Program-made: the position numbers and the translations under genes
Source: a virus
Lineage: Duplodnaviria > Caudoviricetes
DNA length: 54,632 nt
Strand: one strand, 5' to 3'
IMG/VR virus record: IMGVR_UViG_3300004282_000003
Coordinates: 1-54,632 of that record
The notes under the pieces: generated by a model
What the model saw: only the letters and a program-made list of their open reading frames with translations
Told to the model about the DNA's origin: nothing
Databases searched by the model: none
In this document: piece by piece, positions 18,928 to 29,594 of the stretch
Position numbering within the stretch: position 1 is the first letter of the stretch
Layout of the letters: each line of letters starts with the position of its first letter

Positions 18928-19515
18928 TTACTCCTTACTAATAAATTGTACTGGTAATTTCCATATTGGTAATTTCTTCAAGAAAGGCTTTACTTCCCTT
19001 TCCCATGATAACCCACCACAACCACATCCAGGTCTAGGAATTATAACTCTTTTCCATTTAAGAGCTTCCATTTGAGTTTGAAGACTGAAACAAGATTCTC
19101 TTATTAATTCTAAATCAGATTTATTGTATGGTGAATTTTTTGTTGGAAATGAAACTAAATAAGTCCCTGCATCTTTGTGTACAATACTTGCTCCATCACC
19201 AAATCTTAAAGAGATTGCAATTGCTTCTGGTAATTCTGGATATAGTTCTTTTGCTTCTTTTGCAATTCCTTTTCCCATTATATTTTTACCATTAACTACT
19301 TTTCTATTTGTACAAATACAAATTGCATTTGCTTTTCCAATATAATTCCAAATATCTCCTGTTATTTCTTTTGGTAAATCTCTTTTTAGTTCAATTTTTT
19401 TTGGTTTCTCTTTTTGAAAATATTTTTTAAACCGGATTAAATATTTCTTTGACTGTGGTTCCATTCTCAATAATTTGATTCTTGTAGTTTTCTTTTTCAG
19501 TTTTAAGCGTTTCAT
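18928..19515 (-). CDS. Macrodomain (Poa1p/TARG1/DarG-like) protein
   Basis: CTN...MGKGIAKE, SFPTK and PRPGCGCGGLSW; basic N-terminal extension. Confidence 0.8.
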   Translation of the reverse strand: MKRLKLKKKTTRIKLLRMEPQSKKYLIRFKKYFQKEKPKKIELKRDLPKEITGDIWNYIGKANAICICTNRKVVNGKNIMGKGIAKEAKELYPELPEAIAISLRFGDGASIVHKDAGTYLVSFPTKNSPYNKSDLELIRESCFSLQTQMEALKWKRVIIPRPGCGCGGLSWEREVKPFLKKLPIWKLPVQFISKE

Positions 19516-19951
19516 TATATTCATCCCATATTTGTTTGAATATTGATTCAAATGGTTCTTTTACTTTTTTCAATTCTCTCCATTCATTATTTAAATTAAG
19601 TATATAAAATTCTGTCATTGTTCTTGGATTTTTTGTTTCCATATAACAATCTGGATAAATTGTAATCTTAAATTTATTTCCATATAATTCTATTTCTTTT
19701 GGACCGTATATAAATGCATGATGTATTGGAAGAAAAGTTACTACTGAATTATTTTTCTTTCTTACTATTAATTTTATTGGTTCATCATTTTTGATTATAT
19801 AAGCTAATGTTCTTGAAATTGTTAATTTCTTTACAAATACTAATTCTCGTTTTTTCACTATTTCAACTATTTCCCTCATTGTTAGATTCACATGGTCGTA
19901 TCTTTGTACAAGACGTTCCTTTGAGTGCTGGTTTAGAGCTTTCTTCACCAC
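19427..19951 (-). CDS. Hypothetical protein
   Basis: HSKERLVQRY...VVTFLP; packed in the operon. Confidence 0.55.
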   Translation of the reverse strand: MVKKALNQHSKERLVQRYDHVNLTMREIVEIVKKRELVFVKKLTISRTLAYIIKNDEPIKLIVRKKNNSVVTFLPIHHAFIYGPKEIELYGNKFKITIYPDCYMETKNPRTMTEFYILNLNNEWRELKKVKEPFESIFKQIWDEYNETLKTEKENYKNQIIENGTTVKEIFNPV

Positions 19952-20591
19952 GTTTCCAACTCCCTTCTAAACATTTTTCAATGTATGAATTAAATCCTAA
20001 AGTAATATAATTCATAAAATCTTTTAAATTAATTATTATTAATCGTTTATCTTTTAATAATTTTATTTTTATAAATATACCTACAAAATTTTTCAAGTAG
20101 TAATATTTATAATATCCAGTTAAACTTTCAAAAAGTGTTTCTGTAAAACAAACACAAGCAGATCTATTATTTCTTCTAAAAAATAAAATGGGTATTCTAT
20201 TAGTTTTTCTTGCTTCTTTTTTTGTTTGTTTCCAGAAATCTAAGATCATGGGTGTACCTTGTCTTGAATCTAAAATATCTAAAACATCCCATCTTGTTGA
20301 ACTCTTTTGTTTACTTTTCTTATTTTTCCATGATTTTGAATAGCCTGACTTACACTCCATGTTCCAGAGATCAATTAATGGTTTTCCTCTAGGATCAGAA
20401 AAACTTAAATCAGAATGTTGAAATGAAGTTTGTTTTCCTTTTTTTGCTCTTACAGTGGCCCTACCACCACTTGCTGAAGTAGGACAAAAAATAGATTCTA
20501 TTTCATTTTTAATCCAAATTATATCTAATAGTTTACAAACTTCCCATTCTAGTTTTTTCCCTTTTCTTTTCCCGTGTCCTGGTTTAGCCAT
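19863..20591 (-). CDS. PD-(D/E)xK nuclease, Holliday-junction-resolvase-like
   Basis: KRKGKKLEWEV, SASGG, SDL, MECK, FWKQ and PILFFRRN. Confidence 0.75.
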   Translation of the reverse strand: MAKPGHGKRKGKKLEWEVCKLLDIIWIKNEIESIFCPTSASGGRATVRAKKGKQTSFQHSDLSFSDPRGKPLIDLWNMECKSGYSKSWKNKKSKQKSSTRWDVLDILDSRQGTPMILDFWKQTKKEARKTNRIPILFFRRNNRSACVCFTETLFESLTGYYKYYYLKNFVGIFIKIKLLKDKRLIIINLKDFMNYITLGFNSYIEKCLEGSWKRGEESSKPALKGTSCTKIRPCESNNEGNS

Positions 20592-20593
20592 TT

Positions 20594-20890
20594 TTAGTGT
20601 CTCGCTTCTTCTATTTTTGGTTTTAGTTCTTCTCCAGATTTTTCTTTTTGAATTTCTTCTAAATTTTCAACTGCTTTTTCTGCTTTTGTTTTAATTTCAA
20701 CTAACATTTGTATTGTAAAACTTTTTAAATTTCCTAGTTGTGCATATAGATTTAAAACTAAAAATGCTAATACAAGAAGACACATTGCCACTTCCCATTC
20801 TCCCCTTGTAGCTAATCTAGCAAGAAGAAAACAATAACCTATTAAAATAAATATTATTGTTGTTCCAATAAAAAAGTTTCTATTTGTCAT
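20594..20890 (-). CDS. Membrane protein (2 TM)
   Basis: Two hydrophobic segments followed by a charged tail. Confidence 0.55.
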   Translation of the reverse strand: MTNRNFFIGTTIIFILIGYCFLLARLATRGEWEVAMCLLVLAFLVLNLYAQLGNLKSFTIQMLVEIKTKAEKAVENLEEIQKEKSGEELKPKIEEARH

Positions 20891-20891
20891 T

Positions 20892-21983
20892 TTATCCCCA
20901 TTTCGGCTTGCGCTTTAGTTCTGAATCTTCTTCAATATCATCCCAAGTTTTCTGAGCCATTTTAGATGCTCTTTCAAATTCTTTTGGATTTTTTTCAAAG
21001 TATTGAATTAGATTTTCTTTGTAATAACTTTTATCTTTAAATGTTATATAACCATTTTTAGATCTTTCTAATATTTTATTACTACAAAGAAAATCAATAA
21101 CTGAACCATAATTATCAAGACCATATTTAAAAATCACATCAAATTTTGCTTTCCTAAATGGTTTTCCTACTTTGTTTTTAGATACAAATGCTTCTACTGA
21201 TATTCCTTGTATAATTCCTTTTCTTTCTATTCTATCTTCTTCATTTAACCAAAATACTTGAGAACCATAATAGTCTAAAGCTCTACCACCAGATCTTTTA
21301 GATTTTCTTCCATATCTTGCCATTAAATCATCTCTTAATTGGGAAATAATAAATAAGATACAATTAGTTTCTTTTAAATCTTGTGATACATTTCTAAACA
21401 TTTCACTCATATATTTTGCTTTTGTTGCTCCGTAACTACCCCTTATTTTTTCTTCCTCTTCTCCCTCTTTTGATTTCTTTTTCAAAATCTTCTTAAATCT
21501 CTTTTGTTCAGCCTCATCACTCAAAGAATCAAGAGAATCTAAAACGTAAAATATAATATCATAATTTTTTGATTCATCAATATGAGAATATAATTTTTGG
21601 TGAAATTCTTCTACAGTTCTAGATGATTCCCAAATAATATCATCTAAAGGCATACCAAATTGTTCTCCTAAATCATAATCAAAAGCTGCTTCTGGTTCAT
21701 CATAAATGATTTTTACTTTTTTACCTTTTTTCAAATGTTCATTATACCAAATTCCATTTATTGCTTCACAAGCTAAAAGGGTTTTACCACTTGAATAATC
21801 ACCAACACAATTAACTACTCTTCCAATTCCATAACCTTTATCTTTATTTCCAGTTAAAGCAAGATTTAACATAACATCACCAGAAGATATAAATTTCTTT
21901 GGTGGGTGTTTTTCTGGTTTTAGAATGTTTCTTGTAGAAAGTTGTTTTCTTAATGATGTTTTATTTTTCAATTTTGGTTTCAT
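20892..21983 (-). CDS. recA: RecA/UvsX recombinase
   Basis: Walker A GDYSSGKT, VLDSL, IISQLR, SGGRALDYY and KNKVGKPF. Confidence 0.92.
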   Translation of the reverse strand: MKPKLKNKTSLRKQLSTRNILKPEKHPPKKFISSGDVMLNLALTGNKDKGYGIGRVVNCVGDYSSGKTLLACEAINGIWYNEHLKKGKKVKIIYDEPEAAFDYDLGEQFGMPLDDIIWESSRTVEEFHQKLYSHIDESKNYDIIFYVLDSLDSLSDEAEQKRFKKILKKKSKEGEEEEKIRGSYGATKAKYMSEMFRNVSQDLKETNCILFIISQLRDDLMARYGRKSKRSGGRALDYYGSQVFWLNEEDRIERKGIIQGISVEAFVSKNKVGKPFRKAKFDVIFKYGLDNYGSVIDFLCSNKILERSKNGYITFKDKSYYKENLIQYFEKNPKEFERASKMAQKTWDDIEEDSELKRKPKWG

Positions 21984-22390
21984 ATTATTCCTCTAATATT
22001 ATATTTGTTATATCTACTGAGGTAGCACTTTCTCTTAATTTTTCTAATCCTTCTCCAAAAGAAGATAAATCTTCTAAGTCAACCATATAATATACACACT
22101 CTATAGTAATAACTAACCTCTTATTTTTATTTTTTCTAGCTTCTTTTAATTGTTCTTGTTTTTGTTCTTCTGTTCTAACATCAGCCATTGTCATTTTAAT
22201 TTTCCTTATATTCAGAATGTTTGTAATAATGAAAAATTGAGAAAATAATAAGGTATCTGATTTTTTTATTACTCTTTCTTATGTGTCTTGGAATTTTCAT
22301 AAAAAATATAAAATCTAGTATAAGTAATAATATATAAAATATAGTTGCAATCCAAAAAAATACATTTTCATAGAACATATTTTCCCTTCC

Positions 22391-22414
22391 AGGGGTGAGA
22401 TTTCTCCCACCCCT
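22391..22414 (-). terminator. GC-rich hairpin after the SSB gene
   Basis: Minus strand AGGGGTGGGA-GAAA-TCTCACCCCT. Confidence 0.55.
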
Positions 22415-22425
22415 TGTAGTAGATC

Positions 22426-23550
22426 TTAATCTAATTCTTCAGACAATTCTTCATAATAAGTAACAATTGCTTCTACCATTTCATCTTTGTCCATGTCTTC
22501 ATCTATTTGATCTTCAATTCCTTTTCTTTCACACCAAGCTAGAATTTTCTTTTCACTCAATTCAGATAATTCTTCTTCTAGTTCTTCTAAATCAGGAATA
22601 TCCTTTTGCCTTTGTTTTCTTTTAGAAACTGCTTTTCTTGAAGCTTCTAATTTAGAAGCACTCTTACCAGAAGGTTTCATTCTACCTTTAGGTTCTTCAT
22701 TTTCATCTTCATCTTCATCTGATTCTTCATGTTCAAGACCCTCTTCAGATTTCATTGATTCTTCTACTTCTTCATAAGTTGGAAAATGTAAAAGAACTTC
22801 AATAATATGTTTTCCTTGTTCTTCAGCATATTCTAAAATTTCAGTTAATTTCTCTTGAATTTCTTCAGGGATTTCATCATCCCGTTCAAGTAATTCAAAA
22901 GAAGTAAATTTGGGAAACTTCCCATCTTTTGATTCTGTAATTGCTTTCTTAAAATAAACAGTTCTACCTCCTGTAGTTCCAAAAGCAACAATATCAAGAA
23001 TTGTTTGTTTCTTTTTATCTTTTACAAGATTTTGTATCTCAAGATGAATTGCCTTTTTGCTGGCATTAAAAACACTAATTTTATACTCAGGATTTTTATC
23101 TTCTTTAAATTCTGCTGTTCTATCCCAAATCAAATAAATTGCTCTATCTGAAGGGTACAGCGATTTAATATATTTGGTAGTTGTTTGTTCAATTCTATAA
23201 AGTTTCTTTTGTTTACCACATCTATAACATGGTTTTGGAACATCTCTTCTTTGTGTACAAACAAAATTGTCAAGATTTAATCCAACATTATTATGGATTG
23301 AACATTCATAACAATAAGGTTTATTTTTCTTGAAAGACAAAGGTAAGATCTCAATAAAATTATCTCCAAGATTACCTTTAAATTCTTCAATCTCTAATTC
23401 TTCCAGTATATCTTTATTAAATGGAGACTTGCCAGAACTTAGTTTTGAACGCTTTTCCCTATTTTCATAAATACTTTGTAAAACTCCTTTATCTCTTTTT
23501 TCAAATCTACTTTGTTTTTCTTTCTTTACTTTCTTTTTTAATTTTCTCAT
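22426..23550 (-). CDS. Single-stranded DNA-binding protein (gp32-like)
   Basis: EILP, H...C...CYRC metal motif, acidic C-terminal region; lies between recA and a uvsY-like gene. Confidence 0.7.
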   Translation of the reverse strand: MRKLKKKVKKEKQSRFEKRDKGVLQSIYENREKRSKLSSGKSPFNKDILEELEIEEFKGNLGDNFIEILPLSFKKNKPYCYECSIHNNVGLNLDNFVCTQRRDVPKPCYRCGKQKKLYRIEQTTTKYIKSLYPSDRAIYLIWDRTAEFKEDKNPEYKISVFNASKKAIHLEIQNLVKDKKKQTILDIVAFGTTGGRTVYFKKAITESKDGKFPKFTSFELLERDDEIPEEIQEKLTEILEYAEEQGKHIIEVLLHFPTYEEVEESMKSEEGLEHEESDEDEDENEEPKGRMKPSGKSASKLEASRKAVSKRKQRQKDIPDLEELEEELSELSEKKILAWCERKGIEDQIDEDMDKDEMVEAIVTYYEELSEELD

Positions 23551-23552
23551 AC

Positions 23553-24077
23553 CTAATCCTTTCTGTTTTTCTTTGATTTTTGTACTTCCACATCACCAAA
23601 ATAATTTGCTAAATACAGTTCAATTGCACTCTTAATATTATATGTTCTATCTCTTGTTGCATCTTTAATAAGGTTCCATGTATCATGTTCTTCTTGAGCA
23701 TTTAGAAACTTCTTGAATTGTTTTTGCCAAGTTTTATTAGATGGTATTGCCATTTTCAAAATTGTATCTGTAACTTTTCCTTTCTCTAAACCATAATGAG
23801 TTGGATTATCCTTAATATCTTTTGCAATATCAAATTCTAGAATCTTTAAATTTGTTTTCTCCTGTTCCATTATTTTCTTTTTACGAGAATAGATTTTGGC
23901 ATGTTTTCTTAAAAGATTTGGTTGTTTTTGAACTTCAGTATGTAGGTTGTATAAATCAATTTCTAATTCTTTTATTACTTCATCATCATCTCCTTCTTCT
24001 ATGGTTGTTTTATCAAATACCATTTCTTCCATTTGTTCATAAGTAGTTTTCTTTTTTCCTAATGTTAATTTTCTCAT
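23553..24077 (-). CDS. UvsY-like recombination mediator
   Basis: Helical protein (LEIDLYNLHTEVQKQP...LYLANYF) next to SSB and recA. Confidence 0.55.
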   Translation of the reverse strand: MRKLTLGKKKTTYEQMEEMVFDKTTIEEGDDDEVIKELEIDLYNLHTEVQKQPNLLRKHAKIYSRKKKIMEQEKTNLKILEFDIAKDIKDNPTHYGLEKGKVTDTILKMAIPSNKTWQKQFKKFLNAQEEHDTWNLIKDATRDRTYNIKSAIELYLANYFGDVEVQKSKKNRKD

Positions 24078-24094
24078 ATTTCCCTTTCCAAAAT

Positions 24095-24136
24095 AATTAC
24101 CCTATGGTTAATATTTCTACCAACCATAGGGTAATT
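24095..24136. terminator. 15-bp perfect inverted repeat
   Basis: aattaccctatggtt ... aaccatagggtaatt, just downstream of the 24140-25018 gene. Confidence 0.55.
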
Positions 24137-24139
24137 TAT

Positions 24140-25018
24140 TTACTTCCTGAATGTGATCTTTCTTTTAAAAGATTCAATAGAACCTTCCAGAATTTCTTTT
24201 ACTTCATCCATTTTGGTTTCAACTTCCTTTCTAAGATCATCACTTTTCTTTAGATCTTTTGCATCAATGTCAACCATAACTTCCCGTGCATTTTCTACCA
24301 ATGTTTGTAAAACACCATCTTGAAAGATATTTTTGTTTTTCAATTCAGAAAAGAAAATATCAATCTTTTCCAATGTACTTTGTTTAAGCCTTCTTTTTTC
24401 TCCTGTATTTTGTCCTCTTAAAGTATTAACAATTGTTGTGATAGTTTTAAGAAAAGATTCTCTTAAAAATAAAACACTTTCTTTTCTAATATCTTCCATT
24501 GTATCTTTGTATTTTTGAACCTCTTGACGGTACAATTCAGGATTAATTGACTTTAATTCTCCAGGTACACCCATTGAAATTATCCTATAGGATAATCCAA
24601 ATTTACTACCAATATTATCTGGATAATCTGCATCATCAAACAATCCTTTTGGTTCCAGTTCCTTTCTAGCCTTTGCTTTATATTTGTCAAAATCATTTTC
24701 TAATTCTTCAATCAATCCTTGCAAATCTTCAATAATAATATCAATCTTTTCTGATACTGTTTCAAGATAATTTGCAGGAATAAAGAAAACACCACCACCA
24801 ATATTTGCCAAAGCATAAGTCTTGACTGTATTTCTTGCTTTGGTTAAACAATACTGAATCCCTTCCAGAGCAGTCTTAGAAATCAAAGACTTATTTGCTC
24901 TTACCCAATCATATAAATCTGTATCTTCTTGTAATTTTTCAATAGGAATTTTCTTTTGATTTCCCCAGGAATGTACTGTTAATACAAACAATAAACCTCT
25001 AGCTTCTTCTGTTTTCAT
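24140..25018 (-). CDS. DUF3150-like helical protein
   Basis: N-terminal HSWG, GGVFFIP, ADYP; adjacent to the AAA/DUF1257/DUF2997 genes. Confidence 0.55.
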   Translation of the reverse strand: MKTEEARGLLFVLTVHSWGNQKKIPIEKLQEDTDLYDWVRANKSLISKTALEGIQYCLTKARNTVKTYALANIGGGVFFIPANYLETVSEKIDIIIEDLQGLIEELENDFDKYKAKARKELEPKGLFDDADYPDNIGSKFGLSYRIISMGVPGELKSINPELYRQEVQKYKDTMEDIRKESVLFLRESFLKTITTIVNTLRGQNTGEKRRLKQSTLEKIDIFFSELKNKNIFQDGVLQTLVENAREVMVDIDAKDLKKSDDLRKEVETKMDEVKEILEGSIESFKRKITFRK

Positions 25019-25086
25019 TTCATTTTCCCCTCACATTTTCTATTTTATTTGTACTCTGAATTTGTAATTTTGTCAAGTGATTTCTT

Positions 25087-25104
25087 AGGGGGATTTCTCC
25101 CCCT
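25087..25104 (-). terminator. GAAA-tetraloop hairpin
   Basis: Minus strand AGGGGGA-GAAA-TCCCCCT. Confidence 0.55.
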
Positions 25105-25114
25105 GTAATTACTC

Positions 25115-25324
25115 TCAGCCACATAAAGGTAAGTGCTTAACACAATTAACTTTTACACCTTCAGTTTCTTTTTGATAATACGCTGGTGTTAGTTGTTTAA
25201 AAGTTTCTGTTCCTAACAATTCCTTTAGAAATTCAGATTCTTTTATACAACTTTTTCCTGTAAATCCTTGAGTTTCAATTTTTACTTCACCATCATTATA
25301 AATATCAACTACAATTTTCCTCAT
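25115..25324 (-). CDS. DUF2997 family protein
   Basis: IYNDGEVKIETQGFTGKSC...LLG...TPAYY. Confidence 0.8.
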   Translation of the reverse strand: MRKIVVDIYNDGEVKIETQGFTGKSCIKESEFLKELLGTETFKQLTPAYYQKETEGVKVNCVKHLPLCG

Positions 25325-25336
25325 TTTTAATCCTTT

Positions 25337-25744
25337 CTACGGAATATATATTTCAATTCTAGTCTTTGTTCTATTTCCATCTACAAGGTTCTTTTGTTCT
25401 TTTACTGTATAATTTTTCATTAAAGCTGCTTTTCTTGTAACTTGTTCAGTATATTTTTGTTTCAATAAACCACCACTATTACCAATTTTTTCTCCAAGAC
25501 CACCAGAGTAAAAAGGATCAAATTGTAAATTATAACCTATTCCTTTTACTTCTTGATCTTTAATAACTCCAACTTGATATTTACAATCTGGAAAACTAAC
25601 ATTATGGTCACATGGAGTAAATGCATTTCCATAATATGTAAATGTTTTTGTATCTCTATTTAGTTTCCCTCCTAATTCATTTGCTGCTTTTCCCAAACAA
25701 AGTAAATCTTTTATAACTAAATCAATTTTGCTAAGGTGTGACAT
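25337..25744 (-). CDS. DUF1257 family protein
   Basis: MSHLSKI...YQVGV...FD...LKQKY pattern. Confidence 0.8.
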   Translation of the reverse strand: MSHLSKIDLVIKDLLCLGKAANELGGKLNRDTKTFTYYGNAFTPCDHNVSFPDCKYQVGVIKDQEVKGIGYNLQFDPFYSGGLGEKIGNSGGLLKQKYTEQVTRKAALMKNYTVKEQKNLVDGNRTKTRIEIYIP

Positions 25745-25762
25745 AATTTTTCTCCAATGCTA

Positions 25763-26053
25763 TTAAGATTGTTTTTGTGGATAGTAAATAAATTCTCCAT
25801 CATCAATAGTAAGAAAACCTCCACCACGACAAGGAATTGTCCAATATGTATCTGATATTCCACATCTTACAATTACTAATTTTCCAGTTTCTTTATTTTT
25901 TGCTTTACATCTTCTAGTTAATCCCCCTTTTGGGTATGTCATAGATTCTGGTTCTATCCAAGTTCCATTTTCTCCAAACCACGGTTTTTCAATTTTACCA
26001 AAACAATTAGAATCTCTTGGAAGTTTTGACATTTTAATAATCCTCTTCTTCAT
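25763..26053 (-). CDS. Hypothetical phage protein
   Basis: RRCKA...CGISDTYWTIP; inserted within the AAA module. Confidence 0.55.
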   Translation of the reverse strand: MKKRIIKMSKLPRDSNCFGKIEKPWFGENGTWIEPESMTYPKGGLTRRCKAKNKETGKLVIVRCGISDTYWTIPCRGGGFLTIDDGEFIYYPQKQS

Positions 26054-27530
26054 CTTTTATTGTTCTGGTAATTTTGGCCTTGAAGTCTTCATCCAATACA
26101 GGTTTAGTTGATACCTTTCTTAAATCCAATTTCCTTTTCTTGAAATTAATTTTGTCTGATACTCCATTTGCCCTCCTAATTGTTTGTCCATATTCAGAAA
26201 TCATTTTAACTTCATTTGCTTTTGTTTTCTTAATAATTGGAATACTTTCAATACAATGATCTAAATCTTCAAAATGTGAATCTTTTGCTAATTGTTCAAT
26301 TTCTGAACCTGTCCACCCTTCCAATCTTTCAATTGTTCTTTCATCATTTGGAATATTACTTTTCCACTTTCTATTCATAATATCAATGATCTCTTTTCTT
26401 TCTAATTCATTAGGAAAGTTTACAAAGAAAAGAGCATCCCATCTACCCGCTCTTAAAAACTCAGGTGGCAATCCTTCAATTCTATTTACAGTTGCTACCA
26501 ACACTGCTTCTGATTTTCTTTCTTGACTCCAACTCAAGAAATGTCCTAATTGACCTTGTGAAACTCCTGAACTATCAGTTAATTGTCCAGAAGCACCAGC
26601 AAAACCTTTTTCAATTTCATCAATTAGGATAATTGCTTTTCCTAATGCATCTGCCATTTTTGTAAATGTTCTTGTTTTCTTTTCTGTTTCTCCAACAATC
26701 CCCCCCTTCATTGCTCCAATATCTGCAACTGCTAAAGGCCAATTGAAAATACTAGCTAATACTTTTGCAAATAAAGTTTTACCAGTTCCAGGGATACCAA
26801 TTAGCAATATTGATCTTAACTTTGGTAGATTTTCATTTCCTTTTTCCCAAGCTTTCAATCTATTAAAAACATATTTCTTAGCATTTTCTAAACCACCTAA
26901 ATTCTCCAATGGTTCCGGTTCAATAATATCCATAAAACCAGTTTTTCTAACCATTGATCTTTTCATTTGAATAAGGGATTCTCTATTCAAACTTTGATTC
27001 TCTATCAATTGCAATGAAACAGCATTTTCCCCTTCTTCCAGAGACAAACCTAAACATGCATCTGGAATTGAATCATCAAATTCTACATCGACTTGTTCTG
27101 TAAGCTCTCTTACTACAGTTTCAAATTCATCACGGCTAGGAAGAGGAAATTCCAATACAGTAATCATCTTTTCTAGCTGTGGTGGAAGTTGTGAGTTTGT
27201 TCCAACAATACATAAGGTAGTTTGATTGTTTTTTAATACTTGAGTATAATTCAAAAGATTTTGAATAATCTCAAAATTCTGAAGAAAAGGATCATAATTT
27301 TCTAGTACAACTAAAGTTTGTTTATAGTTAGTTGCACAATGTTTAAGTATTGAAATAGGATCTGAATATTGTTCTCCATTTTCAATGCTTAAACCATCTA
27401 CCATGTTCCAAGTTAATTTAACAACTGGTTCCTCTACAATAAGATTTTTAACAGCACGTTTAATTTCAAATGTTTCTACATACAAAAAAGGAAAACCACT
27501 TAAAACGTAATTAGTTAGATCAAGTTGCAT
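26034..27530 (-). CDS. Ycf46-like AAA+ ATPase
   Basis: Degenerate N-terminal AAA; GGLENAK, Walker A GIPGTGKT, Walker B LIDEIEK, SRH LPPEFLRAGRWD. Confidence 0.88.
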   Translation of the reverse strand: MQLDLTNYVLSGFPFLYVETFEIKRAVKNLIVEEPVVKLTWNMVDGLSIENGEQYSDPISILKHCATNYKQTLVVLENYDPFLQNFEIIQNLLNYTQVLKNNQTTLCIVGTNSQLPPQLEKMITVLEFPLPSRDEFETVVRELTEQVDVEFDDSIPDACLGLSLEEGENAVSLQLIENQSLNRESLIQMKRSMVRKTGFMDIIEPEPLENLGGLENAKKYVFNRLKAWEKGNENLPKLRSILLIGIPGTGKTLFAKVLASIFNWPLAVADIGAMKGGIVGETEKKTRTFTKMADALGKAIILIDEIEKGFAGASGQLTDSSGVSQGQLGHFLSWSQERKSEAVLVATVNRIEGLPPEFLRAGRWDALFFVNFPNELERKEIIDIMNRKWKSNIPNDERTIERLEGWTGSEIEQLAKDSHFEDLDHCIESIPIIKKTKANEVKMISEYGQTIRRANGVSDKINFKKRKLDLRKVSTKPVLDEDFKAKITRTIKDEEEDY

Positions 27531-28749
27531 TATTCTTATTCCTTTCCATTCAAAATCATTTGATTTTCATCTTCAATGTTTCTAAGAACCAAATCAATTG
27601 CATTTTCCAATGACACTGAACTTTTTGCATTTATTGCTAGATCATTTGTTGTTTCAATTTCCCAATATTGATTGTAGAAATTATAATCAATCTTTAACTT
27701 TAAATCTTTAATAATTTGAAAATAATCTTTTTCCATTTTATTCTCCTTTTACTATTTTAACTTTTTGTGGATAGTAAAAATAACCTTTTGCTCTTTCATT
27801 AAGTTCTCTACAATACTTGTTTGCTTGTTTTCTAGTACCATCAAAAACACAATGTATTTCCCTTCTTGTATTACCTGGAACAACATAATAAATAGTTTTC
27901 ATCATAATTACAATCATTTCCCTAATCTCCTTCCTTTTAGAGTTCTTTTAAATTCCCTTCTTCTTTCTTCTTTTAGTTCTTCCCTAACAATATCCATTGG
28001 TAAATCTGTAATTCCAGTTTCATCTAGTATAATATTTCTTTGTATTTTGTCAAGTGAATTTTTTAATTCTTTAAACTCTTCTGAATCAATAATTGTTAAT
28101 TGTGTTAAATCTTCTGTATCATATTCAGAACCAATTTCCATTCCATATTTAACAAAATCATATTGTCCTAGTGGTACTCTTATTTCTCGAAAATACCTGA
28201 ATGATCTTTTCATTTTTATTTCCTTATATAATTAGCTACTGCTAAAGCTAAATTTTTATGTTCTTCTAATATACAATTTACAGTTGGAGTTTCTAAATGC
28301 TTTTTTACTGAATATTTACTTCCATAATAAAGTTTCCCATTTTCTTTCCACCAAGCTACAGCACATTTTAAAACTTCAGCAATTTCAAGATTTCTATCTC
28401 TTTCCATATTTTTTCCTTTCTAAGAAAGACTTAAAGTTCTCTCACCCTTTTCTTCAATTTTATCAATTTCTTCTATCCAATATCTAGGTTTGGTTTGTCT
28501 TCCTGTTAATATTTTTAAATTTTTCATCTCCAATCTATCTATTTCTTTTACGTCAGTAAAATAATAATGTGTAACAACTAAATCTCCACAATCTCTTTTT
28601 ATTTCTTTCAATCTTCCAATTAATCTACTAATTTTCATTCTTTATTCTCCAATTTTTTTACTCTAATTTCTAGTTTAACTACCCAAAAAATCATACAGAC
28701 CATCCAAACAAATTCTAAAATTGGTTTTATTTTGGGATTCCAAATCCAA

Positions 28750-29013
28750 TCAATCATAGTCATGTTTCTTTCCTTTACATTTGGGTTCAATTCTACCCTT
28801 TACTCTAAATTGATTATCTAAAATTCTATAATCACCATCACTCCATCTTTCAATTTTACCAACTCTTTCATATCTATTGTTATAAATTACTCCTTCTTTT
28901 ATAAATCCTTTTTTATTATATTTGGTATCGTAAATGTCATCTTCTGATATACTTATATCACACTTTATAAATAAAGCAAGCAAAAAGATTATAAATAGCA
29001 ATATTTTTTTCAT
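28750..29013 (-). CDS. Secreted small beta-repeat protein
   Basis: Signal peptide MKKILLFIIFLLALF; three IYD/N...G.I repeats. Confidence 0.55.
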   Translation of the reverse strand: MKKILLFIIFLLALFIKCDISISEDDIYDTKYNKKGFIKEGVIYNNRYERVGKIERWSDGDYRILDNQFRVKGRIEPKCKGKKHDYD

Positions 29014-29594
29014 ATTGAGAAATCCCTATAAATAGTAGTTGTTTTTCCTTCACATACTTCCAAACATCTTTTTTTATAGCCATTACCAATATTAATTCCA
29101 TTGTAAAGCAAATAAGCCTGTGACCAATTTTTACTGGTATATTTTGTTTTGTAGCTTCCTTTTCCTTTTCCAATTTGAATTTTATAACATAAAAATTTAG
29201 GAAGAGATTTTATAAACATTGGTATTTTATTTTTCATTTTCTTTTTCCTCTTTCATATATTGGTTGATTTCTTGTGCTTCGATAAACAACTCTTGAAAAC
29301 ATAAACTACAATCAGAATGTTCTTCTATTCCAACATTTTTTCTATAATTTTCATTATGACAATTACAATTACATTTTATTCTGTGTTTTTCCATTCTTCT
29401 CCAACCTCTTCATAGGTTTTATTATATAATTCTTCTAATTGTTCACATCTATAAATAGTACATGCTGTAATATAGCTTATTTCATACCACTTATGGTTTC
29501 CACTTAAAACATCTAACAAAGCAAATTGTAATTCTTTTATTTTTTTATCTTTAATATCAAAAACTTTTTCAACCTGATCTGCAATTTCTCCCAT

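Noticed and set aside
25046-25076. sigma70 promoter upstream of the DUF3150-like gene
   Set aside because: TTGACA is present, but the hexamer at 17-nt spacing (TACAAA) is a poor -10; left uncalled.
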